Shown one piece after another: positions 30,911-39,419 of a stretch of DNA of 64,000 nucleotides (position 1 is its first letter; each line of letters opens with the position of its first letter). The stretch covers positions 95,753-159,752 of the forward strand of contig CBFGIV010000002.1 in assembly GCA_965648915.1 (NCBI GenBank), written 5' to 3'. The notes below the pieces were generated by a model. That model made no database searches. It saw only the letters and a list, made by a program, of their open reading frames with translations, and was not told where the DNA came from. Made by a program: the position numbers and the translations under genes. The DNA is from a candidate division WOR-3 bacterium. Its GTDB lineage: Bacteria > Hydrothermota > Tepidihabitantia > SM23-42 > CAYGYG01.

Positions 30911-31450
30911 TCAGTTATGGAGAAGAAATATGATCATTCCTTCCCTTATTGACCTGCCGTCCTTACGACTGCCAATTATGCCATATTCGGTTGGCAATGT
31001 ATTCGGTGGTGCAGGGGGTGGAAAGATACCGTAGCGAATCATACCGGCTCTTGGTGCCAGCCAGTCATTGGGTCCACCGATGCTACTATTACTATTCTCA
31101 CCGGAATTACCATAATTAATAACCACGATATCAAGAGGGGTTAGGGGTAATGAGGTCCAGGGATTATTAGGATAAGTGCCGGGCCTTGTCTGTTTCTCTT
31201 CATCACCATTCGGAAAGTAATAGGCAAAACCATAAGGTGAGGTTTCTGGCCCAAGCGGATAGATACCGCCGAAATCTGCGGCAAACATTTCGACCGAGAG
31301 ATGGACTTCATGACAGTTGTTTTTGTGTGAGGCCTGGCGGGTCCTTTCCTGAATTGTTAAGTAGTTAGGAATAGCAATGGCGGCAATAACACCAATGATT
31401 ACTAAAACTACCATAAGTTCGATCAGGGTAAATCCTTTTTTATCCTTCAT
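30911..31450 (-). CDS. Type IV pilin, paralog of 30076-30597
   Basis: MKDKKG|FTLIELMVVLVIIGVIAAIAIPNY. Shares GFAYYFP.GDE, PG.YP.NP, IRYGI, PTEYGIIG and terminal HN with the neighbouring pilin. Confidence 0.9.
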   Translation of the reverse strand: MKDKKGFTLIELMVVLVIIGVIAAIAIPNYLTIQERTRQASHKNNCHEVHLSVEMFAADFGGIYPLGPETSPYGFAYYFPNGDEEKQTRPGTYPNNPWTSLPLTPLDIVVINYGNSGENSNSSIGGPNDWLAPRAGMIRYGIFPPPAPPNTLPTEYGIIGSRKDGRSIREGMIIFLLHN

Positions 31451-31465
31451 AATGACAATTTAATA

Positions 31466-31481
31466 AGCAAAAATTATGCCT
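31466..31481 (-). promoter_or_regulatory. sigma54 -24/-12 promoter of the upstream pilin
   Basis: Minus-strand AGGCAT-AATTT-TTGCT (GG-N10-GC). Confidence 0.7.
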
Positions 31482-31528
31482 GAATAATTTACTGAAAAAT
31501 CAGAGGTTTTAATCGAGTTTTCATAATA

Positions 31529-31547
31529 TTTTTGCATTTTGCAAAAA
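31529..31547. promoter_or_regulatory. Putative enhancer-binding-protein site, copy B
   Basis: TTTTTGCATTTTGCAAAAA directly after the regulator stop codon. Confidence 0.7.
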
Positions 31548-32834
31548 TTATCCCTTCCTTATCTTTTTAAGTTTTCGATAGAGGGTTGACGGATGCATCC
31601 CGAGCCGGTGGGCGGCCCGGACCACATTCCCTTTTTCTATCTTTAAGGTCTTAGTAATCTCTTTGTATTCAATCTCAGCCAGAGAAGATGTGGTAATTTT
31701 GGGCTCAAAGGATGGGAAGAACTGGGGGGTGATAATGGACTTATCACAGAGGATTGCCATTCTCTCCACAACATTCTCCAGCTCCCGGATATTACCCGGC
31801 CAGTGATACTCTTTTAATGCCTTGATTGTCTCCTTAGCAAATGTCTTCTCTTTTATGCCCATCTTCTGGCAGATATTTTTGAGGAAGTGTTCGGCTAATA
31901 TAGGGATATCTTCAACCCTTTCTCTCAGTGGGGGCAGGAGAATCGGGAAGACATTGATTCGAAAGTAGAGGTCTTCGCGGAATTTTCCCCGGGCGACTTC
32001 TTCCTCAAGATTCTTATTGGTTGCGGCAATGAGGCGGACATCAACTTTGATCGGAGTGGTGGAGCCAAGAGGGACAATCTCTTTTTCCTGAAGCAGTCTT
32101 AAGATCTTCATCTGGATTGATGCCGGTGCATCGCCGATCTCGTCGAGGAAGAAACTCCCCTGATCGGCGGCAAGGAGGAGTCCTTCTTTATCCTGATGCG
32201 CACCGGTGAAGGCGCCTTTCTTATAGCCAAAGAGTTCACTCTCGAGAAGGGTCTCCGGGACTGCAGCACAAGAGAGGGTGATGAATGGTTTGGAACTGCG
32301 ATTTGATCTTTGATGAATCTCCTTTGCAAATAGTTCTTTACCGGTCCCGCTCTCACCCAGGATCAAGACCGTGGCATCGGTGTTAGCAACCCGATCGACC
32401 AGTTCTAATGCCTTCCTGATGGTTTCGCTTTTACCAATGATTGCTGAGGATTCGACCGGTTTAATCTTTTTCGGTCTCAATACCGCATCGAGCCTTTGAT
32501 AGAGTTCATTCAGGGTGAAGGGTTTTAAGAGATAGTCGTTTGCCCCGCCCCTTAATGCCTCGATCGCCGATTCCATCGAACCATAGGCGGTTATAAATAT
32601 GACTGGTAAATCGCTATCAATCTTCTTGGCCTCTCGTAAAAATTTAAATCCATCCATATCAGGCATCTTGATATCGGAGATGACACAGTCGATCTTCTCT
32701 TTTTTTACTAAGTTGAGTGCGGTATGAGGATCGGTCGTTGGAACGGGGAGGTAATTTTTCTGTTTTAAGGCGACGGAAATCCAGTCGACCATACTCTGCT
32801 CATCGTCAAGGACCAGGACACGAAATTTCTCCAT
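31548..32834 (-). CDS. sigma54-dependent response regulator (NtrC/PilR-like)
   Basis: Receiver domain (VLDDE, SDIKMP, KPF), GESGTGKE, ESELFG, GAFTGA, WPGNIRELEN and a Fis-type HTH. Confidence 0.93.
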   Translation of the reverse strand: MEKFRVLVLDDEQSMVDWISVALKQKNYLPVPTTDPHTALNLVKKEKIDCVISDIKMPDMDGFKFLREAKKIDSDLPVIFITAYGSMESAIEALRGGANDYLLKPFTLNELYQRLDAVLRPKKIKPVESSAIIGKSETIRKALELVDRVANTDATVLILGESGTGKELFAKEIHQRSNRSSKPFITLSCAAVPETLLESELFGYKKGAFTGAHQDKEGLLLAADQGSFFLDEIGDAPASIQMKILRLLQEKEIVPLGSTTPIKVDVRLIAATNKNLEEEVARGKFREDLYFRINVFPILLPPLRERVEDIPILAEHFLKNICQKMGIKEKTFAKETIKALKEYHWPGNIRELENVVERMAILCDKSIITPQFFPSFEPKITTSSLAEIEYKEITKTLKIEKGNVVRAAHRLGMHPSTLYRKLKKIRKG

Positions 32835-32839
32835 AAATA

Positions 32840-32867
32840 ATTATAATATTATTTTAGGAAAAGTCAA
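32840..32867 (-). promoter_or_regulatory. sigma70 promoter of the regulator, probably leaderless
   Basis: TTGACT-16-TATAAT-5 nt-ATG with no SD. Confidence 0.65.
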
Positions 32868-33637
32868 GGAGCAATACCGGTCTTCTGGGCAAAGAGAAGA
32901 TATGCAGTATGGGTGATGGACCGTTCTCTTGGCCTTGTGCCGGTGTGGCGAATTAAGATCTCGCGCATCATAATCTCACTGGTCTCAATCCGCTTAAAAT
33001 TCTTAATCTCGAGTATCTCTTTGGTTTTTTTAATCTGTTCGATATTCGGGCTGAGACTGACCAGATGGTGGCCACCGGCGAGGGCAATGCTTGCGGGCTC
33101 GATTACAGTCCAGGGTTCGGGTATATCGATAAATATGGCATCGACCTCTTTATGCTTTAACCCTTCCTTTGCTACATCAGACAGGATAAATTCTACATAA
33201 TCTGAAAGTCCACACCGTGTCAGATTCTTCTTACTAACTTCGATAAATTCACTCCGCCTTTCATAGGTATAGATCTTTCCATCGGGCTGGACCATCCGGG
33301 CGAGAAGAAGGGTAAGGGCACCACTGCCGGTTCCGATCTCAATTACCTTTGAACCCGGTCCGATTGCGGTCTTCAAGACCATCATCCCTGCATCCTTAGG
33401 GTAAACGATTGTTGTCTGCCTTCGGACCTTCATCATCAGATCGGCAATCGATGGTTTTAAGAGATAGAACGGTTTATTTAAGTGGGTCTTGAGTTCAGCA
33501 CCAAATCTCTGCCCGATGATTTCATCTAATTTTATATTGCCTTGATGGGTCGAAAAAGTCAAACCACGCTTTATCTCAAGCAGGTATTCACTCTTTTCAT
33601 CAAAATAGATAATAACCAGGTCGCCTTCTTTAATCAT
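32864..33637 (-). CDS. trmI: tRNA (adenine-58-N1)-methyltransferase, TrmI/Gcd14 family
   Basis: THQG, RQTTIVYPKDA, VIEIGTGSGALT, DIPEPW, RP....THTAYL. Confidence 0.88.
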   Translation of the reverse strand: MIKEGDLVIIYFDEKSEYLLEIKRGLTFSTHQGNIKLDEIIGQRFGAELKTHLNKPFYLLKPSIADLMMKVRRQTTIVYPKDAGMMVLKTAIGPGSKVIEIGTGSGALTLLLARMVQPDGKIYTYERRSEFIEVSKKNLTRCGLSDYVEFILSDVAKEGLKHKEVDAIFIDIPEPWTVIEPASIALAGGHHLVSLSPNIEQIKKTKEILEIKNFKRIETSEIMMREILIRHTGTRPRERSITHTAYLLFAQKTGIAP

Positions 33638-34379
33638 AATGCCTCAGAAGAATTGTCGTAAGGGAAAAGAGATTTATCCATCTTGATTTGATTCTTTCCC
33701 ACTGGTAGAAGAGTTTAGGCCGCCCGGTGATCTTTATCTTAAGGGTTCGACAATTGTCCGTAACATAGATCGGTTCTTTGGCTATTGCCATCGGAAAGTT
33801 ATTAACCGAAAAGCCACCAAAACCGAACTGGTAACCGGCCCGGCGTGCGGCATTGATAACCGGATTGTTGACCCGATTAAAAGGAAATGAGATTGAATGG
33901 ATTGGTCCGATATTCTTTTCTAAGATTTCCTTAGAATAGTTCAGTTCATATTCGAGTTCGTCCTGAGAAAGGCGGGTTAGATCCGGATGGGTAACCGTAT
34001 GAGACCCAAACTCAATGCCAGCCGCGTGCATCTCTAATATTTCATTCCAATCGAGGTGCCTTCCCCGCGGGGTTAAAAATGGCAGATCCCATCTGTTTTC
34101 CTTACCGATATAGCCGGTAATCAAAAAGACCAGGACTTTGATCTTATACTCCCGGACGATGGGGGTGAGATTTTGATAGAGTGAGACATCACCATCATCA
34201 AAGGTGATGATGATAGGCCGGACGATATGCTCATCTTTTAAATCCTGGGGTAAGACCGGGACAAACCCGAGATTGGAGATTGTCTTTATGAAATTTTCAA
34301 ACTGTCCGGGTGTATTATAGGTTCCGCCCGGATAGAAACGATTTAGAATTTTATGAAACTGAAGCACTTTTAAGTTCAT
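33630..34379 (-). CDS. Polysaccharide deacetylase (NodB/CE4 family)
   Basis: LQFHK, ITFDDG, FGSHTVTH and SFPF motifs. Start moved to MNLKV to avoid overlap with the MFS gene. Confidence 0.85.
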   Translation of the reverse strand: MNLKVLQFHKILNRFYPGGTYNTPGQFENFIKTISNLGFVPVLPQDLKDEHIVRPIIITFDDGDVSLYQNLTPIVREYKIKVLVFLITGYIGKENRWDLPFLTPRGRHLDWNEILEMHAAGIEFGSHTVTHPDLTRLSQDELEYELNYSKEILEKNIGPIHSISFPFNRVNNPVINAARRAGYQFGFGGFSVNNFPMAIAKEPIYVTDNCRTLKIKITGRPKLFYQWERIKSRWINLFSLTTILLRHYD

Positions 34380-34384
34380 AGAGA

Positions 34385-35662
34385 TCAACTTCTGGTCCGG
34401 ATCAGCCCGATGCCCAGATAGATTGATGAACAGGTTATCAGGATACCGATAAAGATGAAGAGATACTTCCTGGTGATGAAAGTCGAAAGAGAACCGATCA
34501 GGGCCGCAGACAGGGCAAATGTAACATTGAGAAGCCACTCTCTGATACCAAATATTCTGCCCCGAGCCTTTTCGGAGATTTCTTGATGGATAATAGTATC
34601 TTGGGCGATGATGATTGGTTGGGCTAAAAATCCGGCGCCAAGACTCAAAAGGGCAAGCACCCAGAAGTTTTTTATAAAGGAGAAGAGGAAGACGAAAGCA
34701 CCAATGAATATAAAACCGCCGATCATTGCGTTGATCAGTTCGAATTTATGGCCGATCAGACCAAAGAGAAAGGCACCCAAAATAAGACCGATTGCGCCGA
34801 TGGCGCCAAGGAGTCCAACTCCTTTTGTCCCCAGATTGAAGTCGATCTGGATGGTCGGAATAGCAAGGACATAAACGGTGCTGGCACTGATGACAAGAAG
34901 GAAGATTGAGCCCAAGGCAAAGGTGACGCGACGATTCTTGAGGCAGAGATACAAGGCTTCTTTGATTTTCGAATACGCCGTCTTGAACGGTTGAGTTATA
35001 CTCTTCACATTCAGAATGGAGAACTTTGTTTCCGGGGGGATAAATTTAAGCGAGATAAAAGAGATCAAAAACGCCGAGACGGTAAAACAGAAGGCATCGA
35101 GGTAAAAACCTGCCTGCCATCCCTCGATATTGAATATAACCTTCCACACCGGCCAGTCGATGATGAATCCAGCAGTAAGCATCCCGACGAAGGTTGCCGC
35201 CCGGTTTACAAAAGAGACGGCTGAATTGCCGACGAGAATTGCCTCCTGACCAACCAGATTGGGAATGATTGCAAGCCGGGTAGTATTGGCAAAGAGGTTC
35301 ATTAAGAAGATAAAGAAGACGATGGCAAAGGCAGGATAGATATTTCTGCTTATCAGGAATATGGTTGGTAGAAGAAGTGCGAGAAGGGCGCGTATTAAAT
35401 AACTGATCTGGAGGATCTTTTTTCTATTCCAGCGGTCGATCAGAATACCCGAGATCGGGCCAAAAAGAAAGACCGGTGCAGTGAAGAAGATAGCCATCAG
35501 GGCAAGATAGAAGGATGCCTTATCTTTATAAAGTCCAATTAATCCGATCAGGGCAATGTAATCAATTTTGTCACCAAGTTGAGTCAAGATCTGGCTGACC
35601 AAAAAGAAGTTGAAGTCTCTTTTCTTAAAAATCAGGGCTGTCAGTTTTTTTTCTTGGACCAC
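34385..35662 (-). CDS. MFS transporter
   Basis: 12 TM helices, GILIDRWNRK motif A, ARGRIFG. Confidence 0.88.
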   Translation of the reverse strand: MVQEKKLTALIFKKRDFNFFLVSQILTQLGDKIDYIALIGLIGLYKDKASFYLALMAIFFTAPVFLFGPISGILIDRWNRKKILQISYLIRALLALLLPTIFLISRNIYPAFAIVFFIFLMNLFANTTRLAIIPNLVGQEAILVGNSAVSFVNRAATFVGMLTAGFIIDWPVWKVIFNIEGWQAGFYLDAFCFTVSAFLISFISLKFIPPETKFSILNVKSITQPFKTAYSKIKEALYLCLKNRRVTFALGSIFLLVISASTVYVLAIPTIQIDFNLGTKGVGLLGAIGAIGLILGAFLFGLIGHKFELINAMIGGFIFIGAFVFLFSFIKNFWVLALLSLGAGFLAQPIIIAQDTIIHQEISEKARGRIFGIREWLLNVTFALSAALIGSLSTFITRKYLFIFIGILITCSSIYLGIGLIRTRS

Positions 35663-36770
35663 GCTCGGCAGCCTCTTTATAAAAATTTTCGATATCCCTT
35701 GTTATTTTTCTCCAGTCGTAGAGTAGTGCCTTCCTGCGCCCTGCCTCACCTAACTTAAGGCCGAGTTCCCTATTTTTCAATATTTTAATAGCGACATCGG
35801 CTATTGAATCAGGATCACCGACCCGGAAGAAGAGTCCCTCTTCACCTTGCGTAAGGACCGAATGGAACCCATCGATATCAGCAGCGATAATGGGTCGGGC
35901 AGAGGCCATTGCTTCTAAGAGCACAATACCAAAACTCTCCAGGCCGATTGAAGGGGCACAGAAGAGGTCACAGGATGCATAATAACTGGCCATCTCATCC
36001 GGTGCCACCTTGCCCACCAGGATGACTTTCTCTTTCAGATCGCGCTCAATCAACCGCCGGCAGAGGGAATCGGGTTTACCATCGCCCACAATCACCAGAG
36101 TAACATCTGGAAAAACCTTGAGAATTTTGGGGAGGGCCTGGATCAGGTATTTTAATCCTTTTCTCGGTTCCAGGCGGTTGACGAAGAGGATGATTGGTTT
36201 ACGATTTATGAGTTCTTTTCTCGGTTGTACGCGGGGGTTGAAGCGTTCAGTATCGACGCCATTCGGGATGATATGGTATTCACCAGGAAAGTATCGGGCC
36301 ATTGCATTCCGGGCAACTTCTGAGACGGCAATCAGACCGTGGAGTCGGGAGAAATACTGTTCGAGGATCGGGGTAAAAAGAGTATAACCGATACTGGAGA
36401 CAAGGGCGGAATGGAAAGTGGCAATATTGGTTGTGGTTGAATATCTGAGGGCAAGATAAGGAAGGACTGGAGCGATTGGCCCCTGGATATGGATGATGTC
36501 AAAATTTTCACCTGTTAGAAAATCTTTTACCTGGCGGGAGAGATTGTAACCGAGGGTTATCAGGTAATGCGAGCCAGCCTTCCGGAACTTAAATGCCCGG
36601 CCAATACGGTGCACATCTGGATCCCGATCATACGAATTTCCACCATATTCAGAAGTTAGGATTTTAACTTTATGCCCCAACTCTTTCAGATTTAGTTTCA
36701 AGTTGTAGATGTGCTCGGAAATTCCACCAATGAAGGGATAATAGACTTCAGTGACGATACAGATTTTCAT
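35625..36770 (-). CDS. GT4 glycosyltransferase, PimA-like
   Basis: GGISEH, IATFHS, IAVSEVA, IIPNGVD, RLEPRKG and ESFGIVLLEAMAS. Confidence 0.88.
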   Translation of the reverse strand: MKICIVTEVYYPFIGGISEHIYNLKLNLKELGHKVKILTSEYGGNSYDRDPDVHRIGRAFKFRKAGSHYLITLGYNLSRQVKDFLTGENFDIIHIQGPIAPVLPYLALRYSTTTNIATFHSALVSSIGYTLFTPILEQYFSRLHGLIAVSEVARNAMARYFPGEYHIIPNGVDTERFNPRVQPRKELINRKPIILFVNRLEPRKGLKYLIQALPKILKVFPDVTLVIVGDGKPDSLCRRLIERDLKEKVILVGKVAPDEMASYYASCDLFCAPSIGLESFGIVLLEAMASARPIIAADIDGFHSVLTQGEEGLFFRVGDPDSIADVAIKILKNRELGLKLGEAGRRKALLYDWRKITRDIENFYKEAAERGPRKKTDSPDF

Positions 36771-37202
36771 TTAAACCCCGGTGTGACCAAATCCACCATT
36801 CCCCCGTCTGGTCTTAGAAAGTCTTTGGGCACGGACATATTTGACCCGTGGGACCGGTTTTATCAACAGTTGGGCGATGCGCATTCCGGATTTTACCCGA
36901 AAAGATTTTTTTGAAAGGTTAAAGAGGACAATCTCGATCTCTCCCCGATAATCCGCATCGATCGTTCCGGGAGTGTTGAGGATACCGATACCATAATTTT
37001 TAGCCAGACCGCTTCTTGGTCGGATTTCGCCTTCAAACCCTTTTGGTATTTCAAGCATCAGACCGGTGGGTATCGCCTTATACTCTCCTGGCCTTATAAT
37101 AATATCCTGTTCGTTAGCAGAATAGAGGTCGGCACCGGCTGCATCAGCCGATTGATAATGCGGGGCAAATTTCCCCTTAAATTTTACCTTCAGTTGAGCC
37201 AT
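36771..37202 (-). CDS. dut: dUTP diphosphatase
   Basis: AGADL, IRPRSGLA, GTIDADYRGEI, RIAQL and RGNGGFGHTG. Confidence 0.95.
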   Translation of the reverse strand: MAQLKVKFKGKFAPHYQSADAAGADLYSANEQDIIIRPGEYKAIPTGLMLEIPKGFEGEIRPRSGLAKNYGIGILNTPGTIDADYRGEIEIVLFNLSKKSFRVKSGMRIAQLLIKPVPRVKYVRAQRLSKTRRGNGGFGHTGV

Positions 37203-38032
37203 TCTGATTGAAATATAAACCACTGGGTTGGATATTTTCGGATCGTCTGTTCGTATTTAGAGATCAGTTGAGCGGAGAAGGAATCGTCTGCCTTGAGCAC
37301 CCGGGCCTCTTCAATAAATGCTGAATAGCGATGAGGACTTTGATCACTAAGCACAATATAACAGAAGGCAACCGGGGTCTTGAGTGCAGAGGCTAAACGG
37401 ACCGGTCCTTGAGGTACTTTACGCCAGCCGTTAAAGAATTTCATCTTCTTTCCGGAGTTATTCAAATCACGATCGCCGATCAGGCCTAACAGATGGTTGT
37501 TTTTTAAGATCCAGCGATAAATAAATGGGGAGGTATTTGAAGGGATGATCTTGATACCGGTGTGTTCACGCCTTTTTTTATAAAAAGTGAACAGGTCCGG
37601 TGGGGTTGGTTCGGCTACGGCAAAAAGTGGAAATTTCAATGCGCCGAGGAGACACCCTAATAGATCCCAGTTCCCGAGATGGAGACTGGTAAGGATTAGT
37701 CCTCTTCTTTTTTTTAAGGCCTGATCAATATGTTCGATCCCCTTTATATCGACCAGATTGATGATCTCTTCTGGATCAAGATAAGGAAGACGCAGGGTGT
37801 CGACCAGACTGCGGGCATAGTTGTGAAAGGTTTTACGAACATAGCGCAGGAGAGTTTTTTTATCGATATTACAGTCGAATACCTTACTGAGATTTGTCTC
37901 AACGGCCCGGCGCGGTCCCTTCAGGAGATAAAAAGCAATATCGGCAAAAATCAATGCAATCCGGTCGAGGATGTGAACCGGGAGGTATTTGGTCAAAGGG
38001 CCGATTAACCGATAGAGATAGACCGGCGTCAT
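37190..38032 (-). CDS. Lipid acyltransferase (LpxL/PatA-like family)
   Basis: HLGNWD, LIGDRD, FFN and IRKYPTQWF motifs. Confidence 0.82.
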   Translation of the reverse strand: MTPVYLYRLIGPLTKYLPVHILDRIALIFADIAFYLLKGPRRAVETNLSKVFDCNIDKKTLLRYVRKTFHNYARSLVDTLRLPYLDPEEIINLVDIKGIEHIDQALKKRRGLILTSLHLGNWDLLGCLLGALKFPLFAVAEPTPPDLFTFYKKRREHTGIKIIPSNTSPFIYRWILKNNHLLGLIGDRDLNNSGKKMKFFNGWRKVPQGPVRLASALKTPVAFCYIVLSDQSPHRYSAFIEEARVLKADDSFSAQLISKYEQTIRKYPTQWFIFQSEWLN

Positions 38033-39222
38033 TTTTTAACTCTGTATTTTTGCAGCGCAATCTTGAGAATATCGAGGGCGTCAACCAGGTTCTTCTCCTT
38101 CAAGACATAGGCGATCCGGACTTCATTTTTGCCTTTATCGAGTGAGGTATAAAAACCATTGGCCGGAGCAAGCATTGTTGTCTTGTTGCGATAGGCAAAG
38201 TCGGTCAAGAGCCAGGCACAGAAATGGTCGGCATCAATGACCGGTAATCGAACCACTGTATAGAAGGCACCTTCGGGTTTGTGGCAATATACCCCTTCCA
38301 TCTCGGTAAGTTTATCATAGAGAATATTGCGTCGATGCTCATATTCAGCAATCATCGGTCTGATATACTTATTGATATGTTTATAAGCAGCGATTGCTCC
38401 GATCTGCTCAAGGGTTGGAGGGCAGAGGCGGGCCTGACCAAATTTTAAGACTGCATCAAAGACCTTCTTATTACGGGTAATCAGACAGCCGACCCGGGCA
38501 CCACAGGCCGAGAACCTCTTCGATATGCTATCCATCACGATGACCCGGTCTTTGATTTCAAAAAGTTCAAGGGCACTGACATGGTGTCTTTTATCGTAAG
38601 TAAATTCACGATAGACTTCATCGGCGAGGAGGAAGAGATTATATTTTTTTACAATCTTAGAGAGAAGATATAACTCTTCTTCAGTGTAGACAGTTCCAGT
38701 GGGATTGTTGGGGTTGCAGATGAGGATGGCCCTGGTCCGCGGTGTAATCTTCTCGACAATCTTCTCATAAGGGGGTAGATGAAATCCCTCTTCAACCCGG
38801 GTCTGGATCGGAACGAGTTTTATCTGGGCCATAATCGAAAAACCATTGTAATTTGTATAGAATGGTTCAAAGACAATGATTTCGTCAAAGACATCACATA
38901 CAGTCATCATTGCAAAAATGATTGCTTCACTGCCCCCGGTCGTAATCCAGACATTATCGAGTTCAATATTAATACCCAGATCCTTAAAATAATTTACAAT
39001 CTCCAGTCTCAATTCGACCAGCCCACCGGATGGGCCATATTCAAGTACCTTCTCCTTATAGTTCTGGATTGCTTTATAAATCTCAGCGGGAGTTTCGATG
39101 TCGGGTTGACCAATATTGAGATGATAGACACTGACACCTTTCTTCTTTGCTGCATCAGCCAGTGAGGCAAGTTTTCTAATTGGTGAACTGGGCATCTCAT
39201 TAGCCCGTTTGGAAATTTCCAT
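38029..39222 (-). CDS. PLP-dependent class I aminotransferase (aspartate aminotransferase-like)
   Basis: LNIGQPD, NPNNPTG, DEVY and DSISKRFSACGARVG. Confidence 0.92.
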   Translation of the reverse strand: MEISKRANEMPSSPIRKLASLADAAKKKGVSVYHLNIGQPDIETPAEIYKAIQNYKEKVLEYGPSGGLVELRLEIVNYFKDLGINIELDNVWITTGGSEAIIFAMMTVCDVFDEIIVFEPFYTNYNGFSIMAQIKLVPIQTRVEEGFHLPPYEKIVEKITPRTRAILICNPNNPTGTVYTEEELYLLSKIVKKYNLFLLADEVYREFTYDKRHHVSALELFEIKDRVIVMDSISKRFSACGARVGCLITRNKKVFDAVLKFGQARLCPPTLEQIGAIAAYKHINKYIRPMIAEYEHRRNILYDKLTEMEGVYCHKPEGAFYTVVRLPVIDADHFCAWLLTDFAYRNKTTMLAPANGFYTSLDKGKNEVRIAYVLKEKNLVDALDILKIALQKYRVKK

Positions 39223-39318
39223 TAGACCTCCTCGAAAATTACCAACAACAAAGACCTCTTAATAGAAATCAGCCAATTACTCACGGTTAAAACTATTTAT
39301 TAGCGCAGTGTTATGTTT

Positions 39319-39347
39319 ATTATATTCATATCCGACCTTAATGTCAA
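39319..39347 (-). promoter_or_regulatory. sigma70 promoter of the aminotransferase-to-trmI run
   Basis: Perfect minus-strand TTGACA-17-TATAAT. Confidence 0.8.
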
Positions 39348-39419
39348 GAGAGTCTGGCGATCACTCAATGGTGTAAGCCTTTGTTAAACGATCAAAATTT
39401 TATTTGCCGGTTTCAGTTT

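Noticed and set aside
30076..31450. Geobacter-type conductive e-pilin
   Set aside because: The pilins are long and position 27 of the mature protein is Met or Ile rather than Tyr. Aromatic richness alone is not evidence of conductivity.
34380..34538. Cys-rich N-terminus (CYICPVC) on the deacetylase
   Set aside because: It is an alternative-frame reading of the MFS 3' end. The real start is at 34379.
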